A stretch of 64,000 nt of DNA from Candidatus Latescibacterota bacterium (lineage in GTDB: Bacteria; Latescibacterota; UBA2968), in NCBI GenBank assembly GCA_965116885.1, contig OZ220741.1, positions 5,120,001 to 5,184,000 of the forward strand, read 5' to 3'. The translations under genes were made by a program, and so were the position numbers. The first letter of the stretch is position 1; each line of letters begins with the position of its first letter. The notes below the pieces were generated by a model. That model did no database searches and was not told where the DNA came from. It saw only the letters and a list, made by a program, of their open reading frames with translations. Positions 8,549 to 18,083 of the stretch are shown here, one piece after another.

Positions 8549-11080
8549 ATGGAACAGTCATCGAAGGCATTACCTGAGACACAAAAAGATCGGCTAGCAT
8601 TACCCTTTCAAATTTTAGGTGTGTGCTTGATTGCTATCGCACTATTGATGGCTTTGAGCTTGCTATCGCACTCGCCAGAGGACCCGCCCAATTCGACGCG
8701 CCCCAACGAGTTGGCACAAAACCTGGTCGGATGGCTCGGCGCGCACGTCTCCTACCACTTGCTATTTAGCGTGGGCTATGGTGCTTACGCACTGATTGTG
8801 TTGGCAGTTGTATGTGGATGGAACCACCTCAGGATGTCGAGCGTCAGATCGCTTGTGATGTACAGTGTCATCCTGTTTTCACTAATGGTGATCTACTGTG
8901 GCGCGACAGGCGTACTTTTTTGGGAGAGGCCCACAATGGCCTGGAAGTTGGGAGGTTGGCTGGGCTTTATGCTATCGTCTTCCCTGCTGGTGCCCTATTT
9001 AGGTACTGTTGGTTCCTATATTTCTTTGATAACGCTATTTGTGGTGTTGTTAATGGTTGCCACCGATATTCCGTTTAACCGAATTCCCGAATGGACTTTT
9101 TTCAAAAAGCGTGAGGAGAAATCCGACAATAACGGGATACCCCCCGAAGTGGTACAAGTTGAGGACACCGATCAAATCGAGGACACCGATCAAAAAAAAA
9201 ATATAATTGAAGAAGAAATTGTTGCCGATCCCATTTTAAATAATGGGGAAAAGGACGAATTGGCCGAGGTACCCAACCCCGAGATGGCCGATGACATCAA
9301 TGAAGAAAACATTGATGAATTATTAGAGAAGCACACAAAAGAGACAGTTGCCGACCCCGTTCCAGATGTGGATCAAGTTGATTCGGAAGAAAACCAATTG
9401 GTTGAGGCACCCACATCCGAGATCGCCGATGACGATTCAGAAAACCAAGAAAAAAAAGAAGCAGTTGGTACTGACCCCATTCCAGATGTGGCACGAGTTG
9501 AGCGAGAAGAAACCGAATTATCTGAGATAGAATTTGAAATTGTAGATAAAACGCCTGAGCCAGAACCAGAACCTGTTCCTTCAAAACCCAAAAAGAAAAT
9601 TGTGCGTAAGCCATCTTCGACATATCTGTTACCCAATTTGAAGTTGCTGGAAGATCCTCCTCCGGGTGATGGGATTATAGACCGCGAAACTCTGTTTAAA
9701 GGGGCACAGGCATTGGAACAAAGCCTGAGCAATTTTGGCGTTCAGGGCAAAGTAGTACAAGTCAACCCTGGACCTGTTATTACGACATACGAAGTTGCAC
9801 CTCCCCCAGGCGTGAAAGTCAGCAAAATTGTCGGTCTTGCAGACGATCTCGCCCTCGTGATGAAAGCGCAGAGTATTCGCATTCAGGCTCCCATTCCCGG
9901 CAAGGCTGCGGTTGGCATTGAAGTGCCCAATCCAGAACCTTATACAGTCTTCTTAAAAGAAATTTTGGAATCGCGCGCATTTGAGCAGTCCGATTCAAAA
10001 TTGATGCTCGGGTTCGGCAAAACAGCTTCGGGTGATCCCTATTGTGCCGATCTGGCAAAAATGCCGCATTTGTTAATTGCCGGCGCGACCGGGGCTGGTA
10101 AATCGGGGTGTATCAATGCGTTGATTTCCAGTATTTTGTTCCGCTGCACCCCAGAAGAAGTGCGTTTTATTATGGTGGATCCCAAAATGCTGGAATTGTC
10201 AATTTACAACGATATTCCACATCTCTTAGCCCCTGTTGTCGTCGATCCCAAAATGGCGTCGGGTGCGCTCAAGTGGGCGGTGTCAGAGATGGAGAACCGC
10301 TATCGCACGATGGCGCAGTTTACAGCGCGCAATATTACTGATTTTAATGCCAAGATGGCGCGGCTGCGACAGGAAGCACCCACCGAGGAAGACCGCGACG
10401 AGGTTCCCGATGCCTTGCCCTATATTGTCGTGGTGATCGATGAATTGGCCGACTTGATGATGACTGCACCGAGCGATATTGAAAGCTCACTGGCGCGATT
10501 GGCACAAATGGCCCGCGCTGTGGGCATCCATCTCATTATTGCAACCCAGCGTCCTTCAGTAAATGTGATTACTGGTACAATCAAAGCCAATTTCCCAACG
10601 CGTATTGCATTTCGCGTGGCATCCAAGGTCGATTCGCGCACGATTATTGACGCCAATGGCGGTGAAAAACTCCTTGGGCGAGGTGATATGCTATTCTTGC
10701 CCCCTGGACAACCAGAACCCATTCGCCTTCACGGGGCGTGGATCGATACTGAAGAAACCGAACAATTAGTGGCCTGGGTGCGCGATCAGGGCGTCGAACT
10801 CGATAGCGTTGAATTTGAGGGCGAAAATAGCGATCTTTCTGTTGTCGATAACGAGCGCGATGCCCGATTTGATGAGGCATTGCGATTGGTGGTTATCCAC
10901 CAACAAGGCTCGGCATCGCTCCTGCAGCGCCGGATGAAGGTGGGATACTCGCGGGCTGCCCGCCTTGTTGACGAACTCGAAGCCGCCGGGATTGTTGGCC
11001 CGCCCAATGGGTCGAGCAAGGGGCGCGAAGTCCTCGTTGACGAAGATTATTTAGAGGAACTCGAGGAGTTGGATGTATGA
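8549..11080 (+). CDS. ftsK: DNA translocase FtsK
   Basis: 4-TM N-terminus, acidic linker, MPHLLIAGATGAGKS, IDELADLMM, ATQRPS, C-terminal gamma domain LLQRRMKVGYSRAARL. Confidence 0.97.
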   Translation: MEQSSKALPETQKDRLALPFQILGVCLIAIALLMALSLLSHSPEDPPNSTRPNELAQNLVGWLGAHVSYHLLFSVGYGAYALIVLAVVCGWNHLRMSSVRSLVMYSVILFSLMVIYCGATGVLFWERPTMAWKLGGWLGFMLSSSLLVPYLGTVGSYISLITLFVVLLMVATDIPFNRIPEWTFFKKREEKSDNNGIPPEVVQVEDTDQIEDTDQKKNIIEEEIVADPILNNGEKDELAEVPNPEMADDINEENIDELLEKHTKETVADPVPDVDQVDSEENQLVEAPTSEIADDDSENQEKKEAVGTDPIPDVARVEREETELSEIEFEIVDKTPEPEPEPVPSKPKKKIVRKPSSTYLLPNLKLLEDPPPGDGIIDRETLFKGAQALEQSLSNFGVQGKVVQVNPGPVITTYEVAPPPGVKVSKIVGLADDLALVMKAQSIRIQAPIPGKAAVGIEVPNPEPYTVFLKEILESRAFEQSDSKLMLGFGKTASGDPYCADLAKMPHLLIAGATGAGKSGCINALISSILFRCTPEEVRFIMVDPKMLELSIYNDIPHLLAPVVVDPKMASGALKWAVSEMENRYRTMAQFTARNITDFNAKMARLRQEAPTEEDRDEVPDALPYIVVVIDELADLMMTAPSDIESSLARLAQMARAVGIHLIIATQRPSVNVITGTIKANFPTRIAFRVASKVDSRTIIDANGGEKLLGRGDMLFLPPGQPEPIRLHGAWIDTEETEQLVAWVRDQGVELDSVEFEGENSDLSVVDNERDARFDEALRLVVIHQQGSASLLQRRMKVGYSRAARLVDELEAAGIVGPPNGSSKGREVLVDEDYLEELEELDV

Positions 11081-11757
11081 TGCGTAGAATACACCACAGG
11101 CGTAGCCTGCATACCTTTCTCGCTATTCTCAGTATTTTACTTTACACGGGAACTGTACAGGCAGATACGCGCGGCTCAGAGGTAGTTGCGAAATTGCAAA
11201 AAAAATTTGCGGATCTCGAGACGCTTTCCGCTCACTTTGTCAAGCAACACTACTGGCGCGTGATGGACCAGCATCAAGAAGTCAAAGGCAAGTTGCTGGT
11301 TCAGCGCCCCGATCAGTTTCGAATGGATTCGGATGTACAGGTAGTGGTGAGCGATGGCAAAACCGTGTGGCATTACGCGCCTGCCAATGCCCAGGTGCTG
11401 GTGAGCGATTACACTGCGATGGAAAATGATCGAAACTATGAGAAATTGTTATTTGATCTGATTTTTTGGGGTGGATACGACGAAAATTATGTACCCGTTT
11501 ATATGGGCGAAGAAAAGATACATCGCAAAACGTGTTACGCGGTTGATCTATTGGCAAAAAAAGAAGATACGTATATCCATAAAATTCGCATGTGGATAGA
11601 CAAACGCCTCTATCTGGTACGGCAGGTAGAGTATCGCAATATTCACGAAGATGTGACAACATTTGTGTTGTCGGATTTGAAGGTCAATAAAAAAGCCAAG
11701 CCCGATCAATTTACATTTCACGTACCCAGCGGGGTGGAATTGATCGATTTGCGCTGA
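11077..11757 (+). CDS. lolA: Outer-membrane lipoprotein carrier LolA
   Basis: Signal peptide, QRPDQFR, VVSDGKTVWHY, FTFHVPSGVELID; overlaps ftsK stop as in conserved ftsK-lolA synteny. Confidence 0.85.
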   Translation: MMRRIHHRRSLHTFLAILSILLYTGTVQADTRGSEVVAKLQKKFADLETLSAHFVKQHYWRVMDQHQEVKGKLLVQRPDQFRMDSDVQVVVSDGKTVWHYAPANAQVLVSDYTAMENDRNYEKLLFDLIFWGGYDENYVPVYMGEEKIHRKTCYAVDLLAKKEDTYIHKIRMWIDKRLYLVRQVEYRNIHEDVTTFVLSDLKVNKKAKPDQFTFHVPSGVELIDLR

Positions 11758-11793
11758 TGTGTCGTTATGAATACAATGGGAAAGGAACAAATA

Positions 11794-12910
11794 ATGGCTG
11801 TGGAAATTCAGGTGCGTGAAATACAAGACGCGCTATCCGATTATAGCACGCGCGTGGATAAGCTTGGGAGGTATCTTTGACCTCGATCAAAGACGGGTCA
11901 AAATTGCCAAATTTGAAAAACTAATGGAAGCACCAGATTTCTGGAATGATCGCGAAAATGCACAGCGGATTATCGACGCCTGTAATGCGGAGAAATACTG
12001 GGTTGAAAGTTGGGAAAGTTTAAATGCACAAGCGGAAGATCTGGACGTACTTTTTCAATTGGCCAGTGAAGAAGACGATGACGAATCTCTATCGGAAGTC
12101 GCCGCCGAATTGCCCGATGTTGGCGCAGCTTTAGACGCCCTTGAATTGCAGCACATGTTGGGCGATCGAGAAGATCGCAATGACGCGATCTTGACTATTC
12201 ACCCAGGTGCTGGAGGTACTGAAGCGGCAGATTGGGCGCAAATGTTGATGCGTATGTACACGCGATGGGCAGAGCGGCGCGGGTTTCAAACCAATGTTCT
12301 GGATACGCTTCCAGGCGAAACAGCAGGGATTAAGAGTGCGACAATTGAAGTGAAGGGCGATTACGCTTTTGGCTATCTCAAGTCCGAATCAGGCGTACAC
12401 AGATTGGTGCGAATTTCGCCTTATGATTCCAACAGTCGCCGCCATACATCATTCGCATCCGTTTTTGTCTATCCCGACGCCGAGGGCGATATCGAGGTGG
12501 AGATCAATCCCAACGATTTGAAAGTAGATACCTATCGCGCTGGGGGTGCCGGCGGACAACACGTGAACAAAACTGATTCTGCGGTGCGTATTACCCACGA
12601 GCCCACGGGGATTGTAGTGCAATGTCAGAACGAGCGTTCTCAGCACAAGAACCGCAATACGGCCCTGAAAATTCTCAAGGCGCGATTGTATCAACACCTG
12701 CGGGAAGAAGAAGACAAAAAGCGTGCCGAACTCGAAAGCACCAAAAAGCGCATTGAATGGGGTAGTCAAATCCGCAATTACGTTTTCCAGCCCTATCAGA
12801 TGGTGAAAGACGCGCGAACCGGCTTTGAGACATCGGATGTTTCGGGAGTTATAGATGGCGATCTCGACCCGTTTATCCGCGCGTATTTACTGACGTCGGA
12901 CGCTACGTAA
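11794..12910 (+). CDS. prfB: Peptide chain release factor 2, +1 programmed frameshift at 11875-11881
   Basis: ATG 11794 reads 28 codons to CTT-TGA-C; the +1 frame has GAGGTEA, GVHRLVRISPY (SPF-like), GAGGQHVN, WGSQIR. Confidence 0.96.
11866..11881 (+). promoter_or_regulatory. prfB autoregulatory frameshift site
   Basis: GGGAGG-TAT-CTTTGAC: internal SD plus canonical slippery CTT TGA C. Confidence 0.95.
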
Positions 12911-12948
12911 ACTGAGTTTTAATCGGCGATCGCAAGTGGGCAACGCGC

Positions 12949-12977
12949 TTGACTTGAATATACATATTGGTTATAGT
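12949..12977 (+). promoter_or_regulatory. Putative sigma70 promoter of lysS
   Basis: TTGACT-N17-TATAGT. Confidence 0.55.
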
Positions 12978-13036
12978 TTTATGACCTTCATAACGTTTAA
13001 TCTTATAGATATTAGAGGGGTTGGGAGGCTCCAATT

Positions 13037-14569
13037 TTGACTCGGGTTGTGGGACAAACGCCAGAATCTCAATTAATCGAACAGCGCCTGCAAAAACTCG
13101 ACACCATTCGAGATTTGGGCATTGAGCCTTATCCGTATCGCTTTGAGCCCACGCACTATTCTGCGGATATTGTCGCGTCTTTTGATGCGCTGAACGAATC
13201 GGGCGAAGAGGTGCGGGTTGCCGGTCGATTGATTGTTACGCGCGGTCATGGCAAAGCGGCCTTTGCCGATTTGCGAGATGCCGTGGGCCGCCTTCAAATT
13301 TATGTGCGGCTCGACAATGTTGGCGATGATGCTTTCGCGCTGTGGAAGTTGCTGGATATCGGCGATTTTATCGGCGTATCTGGCCGGGTTTTTAAGACGC
13401 GCACGGGTCAAATATCCGTTCAGGTTCAAACGCTCGCATTGTTGACCAAAGCCATTCGTCCGCTACCCGTTCCCAAAGAAGAAATACGCGATGGCGAGCG
13501 CGTAGTACACGATCAATTTAGCGACAAAGAACTGCGATATCGCCGTCGTTATCTGGACCTGGCACTCAACCCCGATGTGCAGGCGGTGTTTCGCAAGCGC
13601 AGCGCGGTCGTATCTGCGATTCGCGAATTTTTAGATGCACGCGGTTTTCTCGAAGTCGAGACACCGGTGTTGCAGCCGCTCTACGGCGGGGCTTCGGCCC
13701 GTCCTTTTGTCACACATCACAACGTGCTGGACATGCCGCTGTACCTGCGGATATCCGATGAATTATATCTCAAGCGTTTGATTGTGGGTGGGCTTGAGCG
13801 GGTGTATGAAATCGGCAAAAATTTTCGCAATGAAGGCATCGACCGAACTCATAACCCCGAGTTTTCGATGCTCGAATTGTATCAGGCTTATGCCGATTAC
13901 TCAGATATGATGGCAATATCCGAGACACTCTACGCCTTTGTGGCCGAAAAGGTAAATGGTGCAACAACACTCGAATATCAGGGTCGAGAAATCGATCTTA
14001 CCCCTCCCTGGCCGCGCATTCCCATGCTCGACGCCATCGAAAAATACGGCGGTATCAATGTGGCGCGTTCCTCAGATGCCGACTTGCGTGCTGCGTGCAA
14101 GCGTTTTGATTCCGATATCGAACCGGATGCAGAGCGAGGCTTGTTGATCAACGCATTGTTCGAAGCGTGTGTCGAACCTGAATTGATTCAACCGACCTTT
14201 ATTACCGACTACCCCATTGCAGTGTCTCCCCTGGCCAAACGCCATCGGACCGAAAAAGACCTCACCGAACGATTTGAATTTTTTATCAATGGTTGGGAAG
14301 CGGGCAATGCATTTTCGGAGTTAAACGATCCGATTGATCAGCGACAGCGGTTCGCCCATCAAAAAACCTTGCGCGATCAAGGCGACGACGAGGCACAAGT
14401 TCTCGACGAAGATTTTTTAATGGCTCTGGAACACGGGATGCCGCCGACGGGTGGGTTGGGCATTGGTGTTGACCGGATGGTGATGTTGCTCGCAGACGTG
14501 CCTTCGATTCGAGACGCAATTCTCTTTCCGCACATGCGCCCAAAAGAGGGCCTTGACGACCATGAATAA
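13037..14569 (+). CDS. lysS: Lysine--tRNA ligase (class II)
   Basis: RYRRRYLDL, FLEVETP, GGASARPF, FRNEGID..HNPEF, GMPPTGGLGIGVDR; TTG start after GGGAGG. Confidence 0.98.
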   Translation: MTRVVGQTPESQLIEQRLQKLDTIRDLGIEPYPYRFEPTHYSADIVASFDALNESGEEVRVAGRLIVTRGHGKAAFADLRDAVGRLQIYVRLDNVGDDAFALWKLLDIGDFIGVSGRVFKTRTGQISVQVQTLALLTKAIRPLPVPKEEIRDGERVVHDQFSDKELRYRRRYLDLALNPDVQAVFRKRSAVVSAIREFLDARGFLEVETPVLQPLYGGASARPFVTHHNVLDMPLYLRISDELYLKRLIVGGLERVYEIGKNFRNEGIDRTHNPEFSMLELYQAYADYSDMMAISETLYAFVAEKVNGATTLEYQGREIDLTPPWPRIPMLDAIEKYGGINVARSSDADLRAACKRFDSDIEPDAERGLLINALFEACVEPELIQPTFITDYPIAVSPLAKRHRTEKDLTERFEFFINGWEAGNAFSELNDPIDQRQRFAHQKTLRDQGDDEAQVLDEDFLMALEHGMPPTGGLGIGVDRMVMLLADVPSIRDAILFPHMRPKEGLDDHE

Positions 14570-15236
14570 GTTGCTTCGCGCAACAGGTATTTGCAAGCAC
14601 TATGTCATGGGGGATACCCACATTGAGGTACTCAAAGGTGTTGACCTCGGGGTTGTTCGCGGCGAAATTGTAGCAGTGGTTGGGGCTTCCGGTGTTGGAA
14701 AAAGTACTTTGTTGCACATTATGGGCGGGTTAGACCATCCGGTTTCAGGGACGGTTGTCATCGATGGCGTCGATATATTTGCCCTTTCAGATACTGATCG
14801 CGCCAAATTTCGCAACCGTCAGATTGGGTTTGTTTTTCAGTTTCACCACTTACTGCGCGATTTTACCGCGCTTGAAAACGTGATGATGCCCCTGATGATT
14901 GCAGGTGTTTCGCCCGATGAAGCGCGAGCATCTGCGCAAAAACTGCTGCTTGATGTGGGTCTGGAAAAACGGCTTGCACATTTGCCTTCCGAGCTTTCTG
15001 GTGGAGAAGCACAGCGCGTTGCTGTTGCGCGGGCATTGGTGACACAACCCGCTGTCGTTCTGGCCGACGAACCTTCTGGTAATCTCGATGTCGCGCGCAG
15101 TGCAGAACTTCACGCACTAATATGGGAACTTGCCAGAACCCGACATCAAACGTGCATTATTGTAACACACGACCAGCATTTGGCCGCTCGCGCTGATCGG
15201 GTGGTCGAGATGGAAGACGGTCGTCTCGTTGCTTAA
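14562..15236 (+). CDS. lolD: Lipoprotein-releasing ABC ATPase LolD
   Basis: GASGVGKST, GFVFQFHHLL (LolD motif), LSGGEAQR, ADEPSGNLD. Confidence 0.88.
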   Translation: MNKLLRATGICKHYVMGDTHIEVLKGVDLGVVRGEIVAVVGASGVGKSTLLHIMGGLDHPVSGTVVIDGVDIFALSDTDRAKFRNRQIGFVFQFHHLLRDFTALENVMMPLMIAGVSPDEARASAQKLLLDVGLEKRLAHLPSELSGGEAQRVAVARALVTQPAVVLADEPSGNLDVARSAELHALIWELARTRHQTCIIVTHDQHLAARADRVVEMEDGRLVA

Positions 15237-15352
15237 ATAACAAAGCGTGTGGGACCAAAAGAAACAGTGTTGAGTTTTCCTTTATAAACTGTTATACTGG
15301 GAATCAACATCACGCTTCGCCAGATTTCTCGTCAGGCGAGAGGAGTATTTCG

Positions 15353-17944
15353 ATGAATAGTATGTTTTCAGACCAGGTAAAGCAGGTCATGCAACTCGCT
15401 CGAGAAGAGGCAGCGCGCCTGGGACACAATTACATCGGTACCGAGCATCTGCTGCTGGGCATCATACGCGGGGGCAAAAGTACGGCCGTTCAGGTGTTGA
15501 CAAATCTAAATTTAAATCTCGAAAGTATCAAGCAATCCATCGACGATTTTGTCGCTTCTTCTGGCAGTTCAATGACAATGGGCGAAGTGCCTTTTACGCC
15601 CCGTGCAAAACAAATTCTCGAAATCGCTGCCAATGAAGCCAAAGAAATGAAAAGCCGAGTCGTGAGAACCAGCCATCTGCTGTTGGCACTATTAAAAGAT
15701 AAAGACGGGGTTGCCGCACAGATTTTGGTCACATTCGGCGTAGATCACAGAACCGCCAAAGAGGAGGTGATTGCCGTGTTGCAGGGAAAATCTTCAGGTA
15801 GTAAACGTGAAAAAAGAAAAAGCAAAACGCCTTTCCTCGATCATTTCGGACGCGATTTAACCGATCTGGCGCGGCAGGGCAAATTGGATCCGACTATCGG
15901 TCGCGATCGCGAAATCGAACGGGTGTCACAGGTGCTGGCCAGACGCAAAAAGAACAACCCGGTGCTGGTAGGCGAACCCGGTGTGGGCAAAACGCAGATC
16001 ATCGAAGGATTGGCACAGCGCATTGTGGAACGGCGAGTCCCACAAATTTTGCTGGACAAGCGCGTGGTCACGCTCGATATGGGTGGCATTGTCGCCGGTA
16101 CAAAATATCGAGGGCAGTTTGAAGAGCGTCTTAAAGCCGTGATGAATGAACTGCAACAAAGCCAGAATGTGATCATTTTTATCGATGAGTTGCACACCAT
16201 TGTCGGCGCCGGTAGTGCCGAGGGTACGCTCGATGCTTCCAATATGTTTAAGCCCTCTCTCTCCCGCGGCGAATTGCAGTGCATTGGTGCAACGACCTTG
16301 GACGAATATCGAAAATATATTGAAAAGGATGGCGCGCTTGAGCGACGATTCCAGACGATTGTGGTCGATGCGCCTTCAGTGGATGAAACCATTGAAATCC
16401 TCAAGGGACTAAAAGACAGTTATGAAACACATCACAAAGTGTCTTTTTTACCTGAAGCGATCGAAGCAGCAGCGCAAATGGCCGACCGCTATATCAGTGA
16501 TCGCCACTTGCCCGACAAGGCCATTGATGTGATCGATGAAACGGGAGCGCGGGTGCGATTGTCTCGCCTCAACCCCCCCGAAGAGATCAAAGAAATCGAG
16601 ATGGCCATTGGTGAGATTACGCGAAAAAAGGATATGGCTGCCGAAAATCAGCAATTTGAAGAGGCGGCCAGCTTGCGCGACCGCGAAAGAGAACTCAAAA
16701 ACGAACTCGAAAATATGCGCCAGACGTGGGAAGCACAGGTGACAGATGACGTGGTCGAAGTAACAGAAGAACACATTGCCGAAGTGATTTCGAGCATGAC
16801 GGGCATCCCCGTGTTTCGGCTGGCACAGGCCGAGTCCGAAAGACTGATCAACATGGCGTCCGAGTTACAAAAGCGCGTGATCGGTCAAGAAGAAGCTGTT
16901 TCTACGGTGTGTCGCTCCATTCGGCGCACGCGCGCAGGTCTCAAAGATCCCAATCGCCCAATCGGCACGTTTTTGTTTCTGGGGCCCACGGGTATTGGCA
17001 AAACGTATTTGGCGCAAGCACTGGCGCAGTATCTGTTTGACGATGAAGACGCTCTCGTAACCGTAGATATGTCGGAATATATGGAGAAATTCGCGGTATC
17101 TCGGCTCGTGGGTGCACCACCGGGTTATGTGGGATACGATGAAGGCGGACAGCTAACGGAAAAAGTGCGCCGGCGTCCCTATTCAGTGGTTTTGCTCGAT
17201 GAAATTGAAAAAGCCCATCCCGATGTGTTCAATATCCTCTTGCAGGTATTGGATGAAGGGCGTTTGACAGATAGCTTTGGGCGCAAGGTAAATTTCAAAA
17301 ATACCATTTTGATTATGACATCCAACCTGGGAACCAAAGATCTGCAAAATGCAGGTGGCCTGGGATTTGGCCGATCAGACAAAAAATCAATTCGCGAAAA
17401 AATGGAAGAGCGCATCAACGAAGAGGTCAAAAAGACATTTAATCCCGAGTTTATCAACCGCTTAGATGAAACGGTAATTTTCAATCCGCTGGATCGAAAG
17501 GAAATTATTCAGATCGTCGATATCGAGCTTGAAAAAATTCTCGCTCGCGTTGCAGAACGCGATATCGAGGTACGCCTCACACAAGGAGCCAAGAGTTTAA
17601 TCGCCGAGAAGGGCTATGATCCGACTTATGGCGCGCGGCATTTGCGGCGCACCATTCAAAAGATGATTGAAGATCCCCTCGCCGAAGAGATCATTATGGG
17701 TCATTTTTCGGATGGATACAACGTTCGGGTGAGCAAAAAAGGCGATGTACTCAACTTTGAGGGACATTCTATCGCAAAAGAAGAATCGGAAGACACGGCC
17801 GAAGTGCAGATGAAAGAAAAAAATAATAATCTCAAATTCGCCGATGAGAGCGAAGCAAGTGATCTCAGTAAAAAGGTAGGAGATCAGGACAAATCGGGAG
17901 ATCCTGTCGGCGAAGAGGAAGTGGCAAACAAGGACAAAGCATGA
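15353..17944 (+). CDS. clpC: ATP-dependent Clp protease ATPase subunit ClpC
   Basis: Clp-N repeats, [11 protein letters not shown] coiled coil ([11 protein letters not shown]), [20 protein letters not shown]. Confidence 0.95.
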   Translation: MNSMFSDQVKQVMQLAREEAARLGHNYIGTEHLLLGIIRGGKSTAVQVLTNLNLNLESIKQSIDDFVASSGSSMTMGEVPFTPRAKQILEIAANEAKEMKSRVVRTSHLLLALLKDKDGVAAQILVTFGVDHRTAKEEVIAVLQGKSSGSKREKRKSKTPFLDHFGRDLTDLARQGKLDPTIGRDREIERVSQVLARRKKNNPVLVGEPGVGKTQIIEGLAQRIVERRVPQILLDKRVVTLDMGGIVAGTKYRGQFEERLKAVMNELQQSQNVIIFIDELHTIVGAGSAEGTLDASNMFKPSLSRGELQCIGATTLDEYRKYIEKDGALERRFQTIVVDAPSVDETIEILKGLKDSYETHHKVSFLPEAIEAAAQMADRYISDRHLPDKAIDVIDETGARVRLSRLNPPEEIKEIEMAIGEITRKKDMAAENQQFEEAASLRDRERELKNELENMRQTWEAQVTDDVVEVTEEHIAEVISSMTGIPVFRLAQAESERLINMASELQKRVIGQEEAVSTVCRSIRRTRAGLKDPNRPIGTFLFLGPTGIGKTYLAQALAQYLFDDEDALVTVDMSEYMEKFAVSRLVGAPPGYVGYDEGGQLTEKVRRRPYSVVLLDEIEKAHPDVFNILLQVLDEGRLTDSFGRKVNFKNTILIMTSNLGTKDLQNAGGLGFGRSDKKSIREKMEERINEEVKKTFNPEFINRLDETVIFNPLDRKEIIQIVDIELEKILARVAERDIEVRLTQGAKSLIAEKGYDPTYGARHLRRTIQKMIEDPLAEEIIMGHFSDGYNVRVSKKGDVLNFEGHSIAKEESEDTAEVQMKEKNNNLKFADESEASDLSKKVGDQDKSGDPVGEEEVANKDKA

Positions 17945-18083
17945 TCGTAAAGGTGCGGTCAATACCCAAACGGCCCGGACGGCAGTCCGGGCTGTTTGTC
18001 GTACGGTCGGAACATTTTTCCATGTTGGGCGTTTGAGGCTTACAAAGTCCCACATAATCTATTTCAGATAGGTATTTCGCAAC

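Noticed and set aside
11816..11880. ORF-track N-terminus of RF2 (MKYKTRY...), or prfB as a pseudogene
   Set aside because: Explained by the programmed +1 frameshift; the real start is 11794.
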